Source: an uncultured Alphaproteobacteria bacterium
Lineage (GTDB): Bacteria > Pseudomonadota > Alphaproteobacteria > SP197
DNA: 64,000 nucleotides
Reading direction: 5' to 3'
Assembly (NCBI GenBank): GCA_958295695.1
Contig: OY282363.1
Coordinates: 1,037,246 to 1,101,245, forward strand
The position numbers and the translations under genes were made by a program. Positions 10,151 through 21,496 of this stretch are shown here, piece after piece. Numbering within the stretch: position 1 is the stretch's first letter; every line of letters begins with the position of its first letter. The notes under the pieces were generated by a model. The model worked only from the letters and a program-made list of their open reading frames with translations, did no database searches and was not told the origin of the DNA.

Positions 10151-10293
10151 CCGCGTGGACAGTTCCGCGCGGCGGCGAGGTCCTTCCGGACCCTTGCGCC
10201 CGCTCCGGCGGGGGCGGATAGTCCGCGCCCTGTGCGGAGAGTCGAGGCGGCGTTGGGTTCTTTCCGGCTTCGTGAAAGCGTCGGTCGCGCCCG

Positions 10294-11148
10294 GTGAGGG
10301 ACCGCCCCGTTCTCGGCGTCGCCTACGCCAACGCGGCGATGCTCGCCTATGTCGTCCACGACAGCAGCATCAAGGCGCTCGCGACCGAACTGCCGGTCCT
10401 GCAGTCGCAGTTCGTCCGCGCCGCCATCGTCTTCGCCGGCGCGGTCGCAATCCTCGTCCTGACGGGGCGGACGCGCTCGATACGCCCGAGGCGTCCGGGC
10501 CTCATCGCGTTTCGCGGTTTCGCGGGGCTCGTCAGCTTCGGCCTCTACTTCCTGTCGCTGACCCACCTGTCGCTCGTGGACGCCTACGCCCTGTTCCTCA
10601 CGGGGCCGATGATGATCGCGCTCCTGGGCGCCCTGATCCTCAAGGAAAAGCTCGGCGCCCTGGGCTGGGCGGCCCTCGTTCTCGGGTTCGCCGGCGTGGT
10701 CGTGCTGCTGCGGCCCGGGTTCGGGACCTTCTCGGTCTGGGGCCTCGCCGTGCTGGGCGCGTCGAGCATCTACGCCCTGTCCATGGTCGCGACCCGGGAG
10801 ATGACCCGGACCGACGACAGCCTCACCATCGTCGGCTGGGCGGCCCTGTTCACGGTCGTCGTCCTCCTGCCGTTCCAACCCTTCCTCTGGGTGGCGCCCG
10901 ATCCCGCCGGGCTCGCCCTCATGTTCGGGCTCGGCGTCACCGCGATGGCCGCCCAGGCCCTGACCACGCAGGCCTACGCCCATGCCCCCACCGGGATCGT
11001 CGCTCCGTTCGACTACGTGGCGCTGATCTACATCAGCCTCATAAGCTGGCTCGTCTTCGGCCAGCCGCCCGACTGGCTGACCGCGGCGGGCGCGCTGCTG
11101 CTCGTCGCGAGCGGCCTGATCGTCCTGCGCGAGGCGCGCAGGACCTGA
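10294..11148 (+). CDS. DMT superfamily (EamA-like) transporter
   Basis: ~10 predicted TM helices and a duplicated EamA-like architecture ('...GFAGLVSFGLYFLSLTHLSLVDAYALFLTGPMMIALLGALIL...'). GTG start at 10294. An alternative ATG lies 45 nt downstream. Confidence 0.65.
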   Translation: MRDRPVLGVAYANAAMLAYVVHDSSIKALATELPVLQSQFVRAAIVFAGAVAILVLTGRTRSIRPRRPGLIAFRGFAGLVSFGLYFLSLTHLSLVDAYALFLTGPMMIALLGALILKEKLGALGWAALVLGFAGVVVLLRPGFGTFSVWGLAVLGASSIYALSMVATREMTRTDDSLTIVGWAALFTVVVLLPFQPFLWVAPDPAGLALMFGLGVTAMAAQALTTQAYAHAPTGIVAPFDYVALIYISLISWLVFGQPPDWLTAAGALLLVASGLIVLREARRT

Positions 11149-11181
11149 AGAGCGCCGCCGCGTCGCACGGGAACGCGTGGG

Positions 11182-11470
11182 TCACGCCGCCGCGAAACGC
11201 TCTACCCCGATCCGCCCGGCGCGGTCGCGGGCCTGCCGGATATCCCAGGCCGTCTGCATCTCCAGCCAGGTTTCGGACGTCGAGCCGAAGGCCCTTCGAC
11301 AGCCTTGTCGCCATCTCCACCGAAATCCTCGCGCGCCCGTTCACCGACTCGGAAAGCGCCTGGCGCGTGACGCCCGGTCCTTCGGCGGCCCGCGTCACGC
11401 CCAGGCCCGAGGGTTCGAGGCATTGCCGCTTCACGATGCCGCCCGGACGCGGCGGGTTATGCATCCCCAT
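11182..11470 (-). pseudogene. higA: HigA-family antitoxin (XRE HTH) carrying an apparent +1 frameshift
   Basis: N-terminus 'MGMHNPPRPGGIVKRQCLEPSGLGVTRAAEGPGVTRQALSESVNGRARISVEMATRLSK' is canonical HigA. After 'aagggcc' (~11288-11294) the HigA C-terminus 'FGSTSETWLEMQTAWDIRQA...' continues only in the +1 frame, ending at the TGA at 11182-11184. One extra G explains it. Confidence 0.6.
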
Positions 11471-11757
11471 GTCCGACCTTCTCGGCGATAGTCCACGCAG
11501 TCCGCATCGACCGCCACGTTGTCCTCGAACCGGAACGTCACGCGCCAGTCGCCCGATGCCGAAACCGCATAACGACCCTTCGGTTCATGCGGGCGGAACC
11601 CCGGCAGGTTCATGCCTTCCGGCCCTCGGCTGAGATCGAGCGCCGCCAGGATGTCCCGCGACCTTTCGACATACGCCGGCGCCACGCGCCGGATCGTCCG
11701 GCCCTCGTAGAACGCCTTCAGTCCGCGACGCCGGAACGATGCGATCGTCGCGCGCAA
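11431..11757 (-). CDS. higB: HigB-family (RelE/ParE superfamily) toxin; non-ATG start, Thr codon where HigB Met aligns
   Basis: 'TIASFRRRGLKAFYEGRTIRRVAPAYVERSRDILAALDLSRGPEGMNLPGFRPHEPKGRYAVSASGDWRVTFRFEDNVAVDADCVDYR' aligns with HigB 'MIKSFKHKGLK...'. ACG (11746-11748) sits where the Met is expected. Nearest in-frame start is TTG at 11757. The 3' end overlaps higA by 40 bp. Confidence 0.55.
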   Translation of the reverse strand: MRATIASFRRRGLKAFYEGRTIRRVAPAYVERSRDILAALDLSRGPEGMNLPGFRPHEPKGRYAVSASGDWRVTFRFEDNVAVDADCVDYRREGRTWGCITRRVRAAS

Positions 11758-11821
11758 TCCATTTTGTCGCCTGTCAAATGACGATTCGCAACCCGACTCC
11801 CGCCGGCCTGCGATCCGCGCC

Positions 11822-13561
11822 TCATGGCGCCTCGGCCGCCGGCAGACGCACGACGAACCGCGCCCCCTCGGGCCTGTCGGGGTCGGCGCCCAGATTGCCG
11901 GCCCCGACGGCGCCGCCATGGGCCTCGACGATCTGCCTCGAGATGCTCAAGCCCAGGCCCGAATGCGTGCCGAACTTCTCGCCTTCGGGCCTGTCGCTGT
12001 AGAAGCGGGTGAAGATGGCCTCCTCCCTGCCGGCCGGAATGCCGGGGCCCCGATCCGACACCGTCACCTCGATCCAGCGTCCTTGACGCCGGCAGCCGAT
12101 CGTGACCGTTCCGCCGGCGGGGCTGAAGGACCGCGCGTTGTCCAGGAGGTTGCGCATCACCTGGACGAGGCGGTCCTCGACGCCGTCGACCGTGAACCGC
12201 CCCGCGGGCCGGCCGCGGTCGAGGTCGGGACCGAGCTCGAGATGGGGGCCGTCCTCGCCCCAGGTCGCCGCCAGCACCGTCGCCAGGGACTCGAGCAGCC
12301 CTCCGATGTCGACGGGCCCGGCCGTGGCGCGGTTCAGCTCGGCGTCGAGCCTGGAGGCGTCGGAGATATCGGTGATGAGCCGGTCGATGCGGCGAAGGTC
12401 CTCCGTCGCGATGCGCAACAGCGTGTCGCGCCGCTCGTCGTCCTCGATCTTCGGCAGGATCTCGGTCGCGCTCTTGAGCGACGACAGCGGGTTCTTGATC
12501 TCGTGGGCGACGTCGGCGGCGAACTGCTCGGTCGCGACCGTGCGCTGCTCCAGCGCGCGGGTCATGTCGATCAGGGCGCGGGACAGCTCGCCGATCTCGT
12601 CGCCGCGCCCGCCGAAGTCCGGGATCGAGCCGGCCTTGCCGAATCCGAAGCGCACATCGTCGGCCGCCTCCGCCAGCCGTTTCACCGGGCGGGCGATCGT
12701 GCCCGCAAGGTAGATCGACAGGAGCACGGTGGCCGCGAAGGCGATCAGCGCGAGGACCAGAATGTCGCTCCGCGCCTCCCGCAGTTCGGTTTCGACATCC
12801 TCGAGCGTCGACGACAGGAGCAGCGCCCCCTGGACCTGGCGGTAGTGGCTGACCGGCACCGCGACGGTGAGGATCAGGCCGTCCCGGCCGGCGTCGCGCA
12901 GGGCGTGGCCGGTCCCGCCGGCGAGCGCCGCGCCGAGCTCGGAATAGTCCGCCGCCGCCTGCTCGGCGCGCTCGACATAGGGTTCGTATTCGCCGAAGGC
13001 CGGCGCGATGCCCAGCACGATCCGGTCGACCCTTCGCAGCCAGCGGTCGAGCTCGGATTCGTCGCCGGGCGGCGGCAGCGCCTCGGCCTGGACGAGCCCG
13101 CCGACGCCCAGGAGCTCCCGGCTGTCGGCGATCATCTCGCCCGTCGCATGGAACAGGCGCGCGCGGACCCCGACGCCGATCACCAGTCTGCGGATCAGCG
13201 AGCGCGCCTGGGTTTCCATGATGTGGGTGAGGGGGGGCTGCGTGGCGTCGTCCCGGCCGACGGCGACGACGGTTTCGCCCAGCGCGCCCGCGATGACCTC
13301 GCCGTGGGTCGACAGCGAGTCGATCTTCGCGGCGATCAGCCCCTCGCGGTAGTTGTCGAGGTAGAGGACGCCGGCGACGAACAACGCCAACGGCGCCAGA
13401 TTGATGGCCAGCAGCTTCCGCGTGAGCGACGAGGCCGGCCGACGGTCGGCCGGATCCTTCCCGGTCCCGGCCGCGTCCGCCGCGCGGCCGTCGCCGTGCG
13501 AAGCCTCCTCGAAACCGGTCGGACGCGGTTCACGCCTCCTTGTACCGGTAGCCGACGCCAT
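11822..13561 (-). CDS. chvG: Sensor histidine kinase ChvG/ExoS
   Basis: TM1 '[27 protein letters not shown]', periplasmic domain, TM2 '[20 protein letters not shown]', HAMP, HisKA '[16 protein letters not shown]', HATPase '[13 protein letters not shown]...[16 protein letters not shown]'. Start is uncertain: the ORF is open to 13669; ATG 13561 was chosen, giving a 32-bp overlap with chvI. Confidence 0.8.
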   Translation of the reverse strand: MASATGTRRREPRPTGFEEASHGDGRAADAAGTGKDPADRRPASSLTRKLLAINLAPLALFVAGVLYLDNYREGLIAAKIDSLSTHGEVIAGALGETVVAVGRDDATQPPLTHIMETQARSLIRRLVIGVGVRARLFHATGEMIADSRELLGVGGLVQAEALPPPGDESELDRWLRRVDRIVLGIAPAFGEYEPYVERAEQAAADYSELGAALAGGTGHALRDAGRDGLILTVAVPVSHYRQVQGALLLSSTLEDVETELREARSDILVLALIAFAATVLLSIYLAGTIARPVKRLAEAADDVRFGFGKAGSIPDFGGRGDEIGELSRALIDMTRALEQRTVATEQFAADVAHEIKNPLSSLKSATEILPKIEDDERRDTLLRIATEDLRRIDRLITDISDASRLDAELNRATAGPVDIGGLLESLATVLAATWGEDGPHLELGPDLDRGRPAGRFTVDGVEDRLVQVMRNLLDNARSFSPAGGTVTIGCRRQGRWIEVTVSDRGPGIPAGREEAIFTRFYSDRPEGEKFGTHSGLGLSISRQIVEAHGGAVGAGNLGADPDRPEGARFVVRLPAAEAP

Positions 13562-14279
13562 AGAGGGTTTCGATCTGCGCGAAGTGTTCGTCGACCGACC
13601 GGAACTTCTTGCGGATGCGCTTGATGTGGCTGTCGATCGTCCGGTCGTCGACATAGATGTTGTCGTCATAGGCCGCGTCGAGGAGTTGGTCGCGGCTCTT
13701 CACATGGCCCGGACGCTGGGCGAGCGACCGCAGGATGAGGAACTCCGTGACCGTCAGGGTCACGTCGCCGTCCTTCCAGGCGCAGCGATGGCGCGCCGGA
13801 TCGAGCACGAGGTCGCCGCGCGCGATGGGCGGCTCGTCCTCGTCGTCCTCGTCCCGCATGCCCGACGCCAGCGCCATGCGCCGCAGCACGGCGCGGATCC
13901 GTTCGGTGAGCAGACGCAACGAGAACGGCTTGGTGATGTAGTCGTCGGCGCCCATGCGCAGCCCGAGCGCCTCGTCCGTCTCGTCGGTGAGCGACGTCAG
14001 GAAGATCACCGGCAGGTCGAGGTCGCGGCGCAGGCGGGCCAGGAGCTCCATGCCGTCCATCTTCGGCATCTTGATGTCGAGGACCGCCAGATCCGGCGGC
14101 GCGCCGGCGATCGCGCGCAGGGCCTCGACGCTGTCGGAATAGCAATCGACCTTGTAACCCTCGGCTTCGAGGGCCATCGAGACCGAGGTCAGGATATTCC
14201 GGTTGTCGTCGACGAGTGCGATGGTCTGGCTCACGGGAACGAAGCTCGCGCGGATCGTCGGGGAACGGGTGGCAAGCAT
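13530..14279 (-). CDS. chvI: OmpR-family response regulator ChvI
   Basis: '[27 protein letters not shown]...[22 protein letters not shown]...[32 protein letters not shown]' receiver domain. Winged-helix '...[30 protein letters not shown]...YGVGYRY'. ATG 14279 chosen; a GTG 21 codons downstream is also possible. Confidence 0.85.
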   Translation of the reverse strand: MLATRSPTIRASFVPVSQTIALVDDNRNILTSVSMALEAEGYKVDCYSDSVEALRAIAGAPPDLAVLDIKMPKMDGMELLARLRRDLDLPVIFLTSLTDETDEALGLRMGADDYITKPFSLRLLTERIRAVLRRMALASGMRDEDDEDEPPIARGDLVLDPARHRCAWKDGDVTLTVTEFLILRSLAQRPGHVKSRDQLLDAAYDDNIYVDDRTIDSHIKRIRKKFRSVDEHFAQIETLYGVGYRYKEA

Positions 14280-14584
14280 CAGTCTAGCACCCCCATGGAC
14301 GGAGTTGGAATCGGCGCCCCTTGCGCCTCGAGGTCGGTGTGGCCGCGGATCGGGGCGGGACCGTGGCCGAAGCGGGGCCACTTGCGGGCGCGCGCCAGCG
14401 GTCGCGGCGCGACCGTCCGGGTTGTCGGACGGATTTCCAACCGGGTGGGGCGATTCCCACATCGCGCGCCGATTCGGCTCTTGCCTTGCCTCGATCCATG
14501 GGCTTTGAATCGTCCGGTTCCGGGACGGTTCGGCGGGGATTCCGTTCCGCCGCCGAGACTGGACGGCCGGGGGGCGAAGCGGAC

Positions 14585-16195
<1,611 letters not shown>

Positions 16196-16333
16196 GACGG
16201 ACCCGTCGTCGAGTGGGTCGCGCCGGAGCGAGACCGCGGGCGAGGGTCCCGTTCGGACGGATGCGAGGCGCGGCGGTCCGGGCGAGGCGGAACGAGGCGG
16301 CCTCCCGCTGAACCGCGCGAAAGGAGGGGGAGG

Positions 16334-16456
16334 ATGGGAGCGGCTCACGTCACGGTGACCGTTCGCAACCCGGCCGAACCGGAGAGATGCCGGGAAGGGC
16401 TTTTCCTTGTCGACACGGGCGCGACCGCCTGCACGCCTGCCTCAAGTTCGAGATGA
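16334..16456 (+). pseudogene. Retropepsin-like (clan AA) aspartic protease, N-terminal 40-codon fragment only
   Basis: AAAGGAGGGGGAGG RBS then 'MGAAHVTVTVRNPAEPERCREGLFLVDTGATACTPASSSR*'. Matches the N-terminus of the bacterial family including the catalytic D-T-G-A. Terminates after 40 codons, where homologues run ~130-150 aa. Confidence 0.5.
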
Positions 16457-16962
16457 GGCCGATGGACATCCGCAAGCCCTCGGTCGCCTCGGTGCGGGGC
16501 TACGCGGTGGGCGGCGGCTGCGAGCTCGCCATGTTCTGCGACCTCACGATCTGCGGACGGTCCGCGAAGTTCGGCGAGCCGGAAATCCGCTTCTCGGACG
16601 CCGGCCCGGCGATGGGCATGCCCTTCGTCGTGGGCCACAAACGCGCCCGCGAGCTGCTCTACATGGGCGACCTGATCGACGCCGAGACGGCGCTGGCCTG
16701 CGGCATGGTAAACCGGGTCGCGCCCGACGACGAACTCGAGGAGGCGACGCGGAAGCACGCGGAGCGTCTGGCGCTGGTCGACCCGGAGGCGCTGACCGGA
16801 ACCAAGCTCGCCCTTCGCCGCGGCCTCGAGGCCGCGGGCGTGCGCGTCGCGCCGCGCGCGGGCGTGGACGTGCTGGCCCCCATGTACGCGGCCAGGACCG
16901 AGAGCGGCGCGGTGTTCGAGGAAATCGTGAAGAAGGTGGGGCTCGGCGCGGCGCTCGAGTAG
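16387..16962 (+). pseudogene. Enoyl-CoA hydratase/isomerase family protein, N-terminally truncated (C-terminal ~165 aa only)
   Basis: 'KPSVASVRGYAVGGGCELAMFCDLTICGRSAKFGEPEIRF...' is the crotonase oxyanion-hole/active-site region that normally begins ~100 aa into the protein. No upstream crotonase N-terminal sequence exists in any frame. Overlaps the protease stub in another frame. Confidence 0.5.
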
Positions 16963-17004
16963 CGCCACGGCCAGTTCGGGGACTGACCGCGGAGCCCGCG
17001 ACGC

Positions 17005-17036
17005 AGAGCGCCGGCCCCATCCGGGGCCGGCGCTCT
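17005..17036. terminator. Perfect 14-bp stem / 4-nt loop hairpin between convergent genes (bidirectional terminator candidate)
   Basis: agagcgccggcccc-atcc-ggggccggcgctct, followed by tcttccgtcgtc on the + strand. Sits between the ECH remnant (+) and cspA (-). Confidence 0.5.
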
Positions 17037-17076
17037 TCCGTCGTCTCCGCGCGGGGGCTGACCGCCGCCCGCCGGG

Positions 17077-17283
17077 TCAGGCGAGCGACAGGTTGTCGGC
17101 GGCGCTGCGGCCGTCGCGCCCGGGAACGATCTCGAAGCTGACCTTCTGGCCTTCCTGAAGAGCCCCGAGCCCGGCGCGCTCGACGGCGCTGATGTGAACG
17201 AACACGTCCTTGCCGCCCTCGTCGGGGGCGATAAAGCCGTAACCTTTCGTGGCGTTGAACCACTTGATGATACCCGTCTGCAT
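17077..17283 (-). CDS. cspA: Cold-shock protein (CspA family)
   Basis: 68 aa '[39 protein letters not shown]...[23 protein letters not shown]'. AAGGAG RBS. ~220-nt region to polA could hold a long 5'UTR. Confidence 0.92.
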   Translation of the reverse strand: MQTGIIKWFNATKGYGFIAPDEGGKDVFVHISAVERAGLGALQEGQKVSFEIVPGRDGRSAADNLSLA

Positions 17284-17506
17284 GGGAACACACGTCTCCT
17301 TGGTGCCGCGGCGGCGGGCCGCCGCGGGTCGTTGGCGAACATCGGAGCGATGGATAGGGACTGCCGGAGTTCACCGGCGTTCGCGCGTGAGCGCTCGCAA
17401 CCCGCTTGGGCGACAGACCGAACCGTCCATCCGACGGCGCGGACTGTGGAACGGACCGGCGGGAAAATCCAGCGAAATCGTGCGGACCGCCGAGGACGGA
17501 CGCGCG

Positions 17507-20239
17507 TCAGTGCGCCTCGTTCCAGGTGCGTCCGGCGCCGGTGTCTACGGTGAGCGGCACGGAGAGGCGGGCCGCGCCTTCCATCACGGCCTTCGCGCAG
17601 GCGGCCGTCGCCTCGGCCTCGTTCTCGGGGACCTCGAACAGCAGCTCGTCGTGGACCTGGAGCAGCATCCTGGCCCCGAGGCCGGCCTCGCGCAGCGCGC
17701 CGGGTACGCGGATCATGGCGCGCTTGATGATGTCGGCGGCCGAACCCTGGAGCGGGGCGTTGATCGCGGCGCGCTCGTAGAACCCGCGGGTCGAGGGGTT
17801 GCGGTCGTTGATGCCGGGCACATGGCACTTCCGTCCGAACAGCGTGGTGACACGGCCCGTCTCCCTGGCGCTCTTCCTCGTGCGGTCCATGTAGTCGCGG
17901 ATGCCGGGGTAACGCTCGAAATAGGCGTCGATGTAGTCGCGCGCCCGGTCGCGGCCGATGCCGAGCTGCCGCGCGAGGCCGAAGGCGCTGATGCCGTAGA
18001 CGATGCCGAAATTGATCGCCTTGGCGTTGCGCCGGGTCATCGGGTCCATCCGGTCGAGCGGGACCCCGAACACCTGGCTCGCGGTCATGGCGTGGATGTC
18101 GAGGCCGTCGTGGAAGGCCTGCTTCAGGGCGTCGATGCCGGCGACATGCGCCAGGAGCCTGAGCTCGATCTGGGAGTAGTCGGCCGAGAGCAGCAGGTTG
18201 CCGGGCTCGGCCACGAAGGCGTCGCGGATGCGCCGGCCTTCCTCCGTGCGGATCGGGATGTTCTGCAGGTTGGGGTCCGACGAGGCGAGACGGCCCGTGG
18301 ACGCCACGGCCATCGAGAACGAGGTGTGGACCCGGCCCGTCCGCGGGTTGATCTGCTCGACCAGCGCGTCGGTGTAGGTGCTCTTGAGCTTGGCGAGCTG
18401 GCGCCAGTCCAGCACCTTCCGCGGCAGCGCGTGGCCCTGGGCGGCGAGCCCCTCCAGCACGTCCGCCCCGGTCCCGTAGGCCCCCGACTTGCCTTTCCTG
18501 CCGCCCTCGATCCCCATCTCGTCGAACAGCACCTCGCCCAGCTGCTTGGGCGAGCCGATGGCGAAGGGACGGCCGGCGAGATCGTGGATCTCCTTCTCGA
18601 GCGCCTGGATGCGCCCGCCGAACTCGTCCGACATGCGCTCCAGCTCGGTCCGGTCGACCTTCACGCCCGCCTGCTCCATCTCCGCGACGACAGGGATCAG
18701 GGGGCGTTCGATCGTCTCGTAGATCCGCGTCGCGCGCTCGGGCGCCAGCCGCGGCTTCAGCGCGCGCCACAGCCGCAAGGCAACGTCGGCGTCCTCGGCG
18801 GCGTAGTCGCGGGCGCGGTCGAGCGGCACGAGATCGAAAGTGACCTGGTTCTTGCCGCTTCCGGCGACCTCCTTGTAGGGAATGGTCGCGCGGTTCAGGA
18901 ACAGCCGGGCCAGCGTGTCCAGCTTCTGGTCGTGCTTGCCGCCCTCCAGACAGTGGGACAGCAGCATGGTGTCGTCGACCGGCGCGACCGGCATGCCCGC
19001 GCGGGCGAGGACCACGCTGTCGTACTTGATGTTGTGGCCGACCTTGAGCACGGCCGGGTCGGCCAGCATCGGCGCCAGCAGCGCGCGGGCCTCGTCGAGC
19101 GGAATCTGCGCGGGCGTGTCCGAGAGCGCGTCCGGCGCGCGGTGGTCCAGCGGGACATAGCAGCCGTCGCCCGGCGCCGTGGACATCGAGACGCCGACCA
19201 GGCGGGCGCTCATCTCGTCGACGCTCGTCGTCTCGGTGTCGACGGCGACGACCCCGGCCCGCGCCGCCTCGGCGACCCGGCGTTCCAGCGAGGCCCGGTC
19301 CTGGACCAGCTCGTAGCCGCCCGCCCGACCGGGCGCCGCCGCCGTGGGCGCGTCCCCGGCGCCGCCCCTCCGGTCGAGCCAGGCCTCGACGCGGGCGGTC
19401 ACGGCGCGGAACTCCTGGGAGCGGAGGAACCCGAGAAGGGAGTCCGGCTCCGGATCGCGCCGCGCCAGCCGTTCCAGACCGCCCTCCAGGGGCACGTTCC
19501 GGTCGAGCGTGACGAGCCGCTTGGAGATGCGCGCGTCCTCGGCGTGCTCGATCAGCATCGCGCGCCGTTTGGGCTGCTTGATCTCGCCGGCGCGCTCCAG
19601 CAGCGTCTCGAGGTCGCCGTATTCGGCGATGAGCTGGGCGGCGGTCTTGACGCCGATGCCCGGCACGCCCGGCACGTTGTCGGTCGCGTCGCCCGCGAGC
19701 GCCTGGACCTCGATCACCTTGCCGGGGGCGACGCCGAACTTCTCGAGGACCTCGGCCTCGCGGATCTCCCGGTTCCTGAGACTGTCGAGCATGACGACGC
19801 CGTCGCCGACGAGCTGCATCAGGTCCTTGTCCGACGAGACGATCGTGACCTCGGCGCCCGCCTCGGTCGCCATCCTCGCGTAGGTCGCGATGATGTCGTC
19901 GGCCTCGTAGCCCTCGACCTCGACGACCGGCAGGTTGAAGGCCAGGGCGGCCTCGCGGATCAGCGGGAACTGCGGCACGAGCTCCTCGGGCGGATCGGGC
20001 CGGTGGGCCTTGTAGGCCGCGTAGATCCCGTTGCGGAAGGTCTTCGAGCCGTGGTCGAGCACGCAGGCGACGCGGTCGGCGTCCATGCCGTCGATGAGCT
20101 TCAGGATCATGTTGCAGAAGCCCATGACCGCGTTGACCGGCGTGCCGTCCGACCGCGTCATCGGCGGGAGCGCGTGGAAGGCCCGGAAGATGAACCCGGA
20201 ACCGTCGATCAGCGTGACATGTCTGGGGGCGTCGGCCAT
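17507..20239 (-). CDS. polA: DNA polymerase I
   Basis: 910 aa. 5'-3' exonuclease N-terminus 'VTLIDGSGFIFRAFHAL', 3'-5' exo region, polymerase motifs '...DYSQIELRLLAHVAG...' and '...LLQVHDELLFEV'. Confidence 0.93.
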   Translation of the reverse strand: MADAPRHVTLIDGSGFIFRAFHALPPMTRSDGTPVNAVMGFCNMILKLIDGMDADRVACVLDHGSKTFRNGIYAAYKAHRPDPPEELVPQFPLIREAALAFNLPVVEVEGYEADDIIATYARMATEAGAEVTIVSSDKDLMQLVGDGVVMLDSLRNREIREAEVLEKFGVAPGKVIEVQALAGDATDNVPGVPGIGVKTAAQLIAEYGDLETLLERAGEIKQPKRRAMLIEHAEDARISKRLVTLDRNVPLEGGLERLARRDPEPDSLLGFLRSQEFRAVTARVEAWLDRRGGAGDAPTAAAPGRAGGYELVQDRASLERRVAEAARAGVVAVDTETTSVDEMSARLVGVSMSTAPGDGCYVPLDHRAPDALSDTPAQIPLDEARALLAPMLADPAVLKVGHNIKYDSVVLARAGMPVAPVDDTMLLSHCLEGGKHDQKLDTLARLFLNRATIPYKEVAGSGKNQVTFDLVPLDRARDYAAEDADVALRLWRALKPRLAPERATRIYETIERPLIPVVAEMEQAGVKVDRTELERMSDEFGGRIQALEKEIHDLAGRPFAIGSPKQLGEVLFDEMGIEGGRKGKSGAYGTGADVLEGLAAQGHALPRKVLDWRQLAKLKSTYTDALVEQINPRTGRVHTSFSMAVASTGRLASSDPNLQNIPIRTEEGRRIRDAFVAEPGNLLLSADYSQIELRLLAHVAGIDALKQAFHDGLDIHAMTASQVFGVPLDRMDPMTRRNAKAINFGIVYGISAFGLARQLGIGRDRARDYIDAYFERYPGIRDYMDRTRKSARETGRVTTLFGRKCHVPGINDRNPSTRGFYERAAINAPLQGSAADIIKRAMIRVPGALREAGLGARMLLQVHDELLFEVPENEAEATAACAKAVMEGAARLSVPLTVDTGAGRTWNEAH

Positions 20240-20409
20240 GGCGCCAGCCTAGAGCGTTTCCGCGCAGCGCGGAAACGCTCCGGCCCCCTTCGATACGCGG
20301 CCTCGCCGCTACCCGGGGCAAGGGGTGTTCGTGGGTGGAGGCAGGGCGCGAATCCCCTCGTCCCGAGGTGGCGCGCCAGCGCCGTGTCGAGGGACGGCCT
20401 CGATAGGCG

Positions 20410-20607
20410 TCAGCCGGCGGTCTCGTCTCCGTCCGCGCCGCCCTTGAAGCCGGTCCAGACGAAGCGCCGGTCGCAATAGCCGCAGTCGACGGCGCCATGG
20501 GCGTGGAGATCGTAGTAGACGCGCGGGTGCCCCAGCGCGCCGCCGTCGCCGTCGCAGCAGACCTTGGGGCTGTCGGTTTCGATGACCTCGGGAGGATCGA
20601 TGGGCAT
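20410..20607 (-). CDS. zf-CHCC-type zinc-finger domain protein
   Basis: 65 aa 'MPIDPPEVIETDSPKVCCDGDGGALGHPRVYYDLHAHGAVDCGYCDRRFVW...'. GGAGG RBS upstream of ATG 20607. The 345-aa ORF containing it is rejected. Confidence 0.6.
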   Translation of the reverse strand: MPIDPPEVIETDSPKVCCDGDGGALGHPRVYYDLHAHGAVDCGYCDRRFVWTGFKGGADGDETAG

Positions 20608-20793
20608 GGCGTCTGGCCTCCGGGCGGGATGATACGGCTCGCGCTCGCGCGTGCAATGGCCATGACGCCCGGCCGCCTTCCGGCCGCCGGGGCGACGGTC
20701 CATAATCCGCGGGCCGAACGACGAAGGACCCGCCGTCATGCTCCCGACCCGCCGCTCCGCGGAGGCCGGCCGCCGCCGCGGCGAAACCGCGCC

Positions 20794-21306
20794 GTGACCG
20801 GGCGTTACCGCTGCCAGATCTCGTCCCCGATCGGCGAGGTCTGGATGGTCGTCGCCGGGGACGTGCTGGAGCTGCTCGATTTCGCGGACGACAACGGCAG
20901 GCTCGAGGGCATGATGGCGCGCCGCTGGCCCGGCGGCCTGCCGTTCGAGAGCGAGGACGCCAGCGGGATCGCCGCCGCGCTCGACGCCTACTTCCGGGGC
21001 GACTTCCAGGCGATCGGGGATGTCCCCGCGAAACCCGCGGGAACGCCCTTCCAGACGGCGGTCTGGTCGGCGCTGCGCTCCATTCCCCTGGGCGAGACCG
21101 TCTCCTACGGCGAGCTCGCCCGGCGGGTCGGCCGGCCCCGCGCCGTGCGCGCCGTGGGCGCGGCGAACGGACGCAATCCCGTTTCGGTCGTGCTGCCCTG
21201 CCATCGCGTGATCGGCGCCGACGGCTCCCTGACGGGTTACGGAGGCGGCCTCGCCCGCAAGGCCTGGCTCCTGGAGCACGAGGGCGCGTCCCTCCCGGGC
21301 CGTTGA
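20794..21306 (+). CDS. ogt: Methylated-DNA--protein-cysteine methyltransferase
   Basis: '...TPFQTAVWSALRSIPLGETVSYGELARRVGRPRAVRAVGAANGRNPVSVVLPCHRVIGADGSLTGYGGG' with the PCHRV active site. GTG start 20794; the longer ORF from 20497 is rejected. Confidence 0.8.
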   Translation: MTGRYRCQISSPIGEVWMVVAGDVLELLDFADDNGRLEGMMARRWPGGLPFESEDASGIAAALDAYFRGDFQAIGDVPAKPAGTPFQTAVWSALRSIPLGETVSYGELARRVGRPRAVRAVGAANGRNPVSVVLPCHRVIGADGSLTGYGGGLARKAWLLEHEGASLPGR

Positions 21307-21369
21307 ACGGGCCGGCGGCCCCGCCGCCTTGTTCCGCCCCGCGAAAGGCCCTAGGGTCCGCGTCTTCGG

Positions 21370-21446
21370 GGTCCCGTAGCTCAGCCGGATAGAGCGCTGC
21401 CCTCCGAAGGCAGAGGTCACAGGTTCGAATCCTGTCGGGACCGCCA
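21370..21446 (+). tRNA. tRNA-Arg (anticodon CCG)
   Basis: GGTCCCG acceptor stem pairs with CGGGACC. D-arm TAGCTCAGCCGGATAGAGC. Anticodon loop CTCCGAA. T-arm GGTTCGAATCC. 3' CCA encoded. 77 nt. Confidence 0.9.
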
Positions 21447-21496
21447 TGCCCGCCCGTCCGAAGGGGAGAAGGCGGACCGGAGCCGACGGCGCCGGA

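Noticed and set aside
11039-11470. 143-aa version of the higA ORF
   Set aside because: The extension beyond ~codon 60 is the out-of-frame read-through produced by the frameshift. The HigA-like C-terminus and stop are in the +1 frame.
16659-20663. 1334-aa minus-strand and 1076-aa plus-strand ORFs over polA
   Set aside because: Off-frame or antisense to the polA coding frame, with low-complexity translations.
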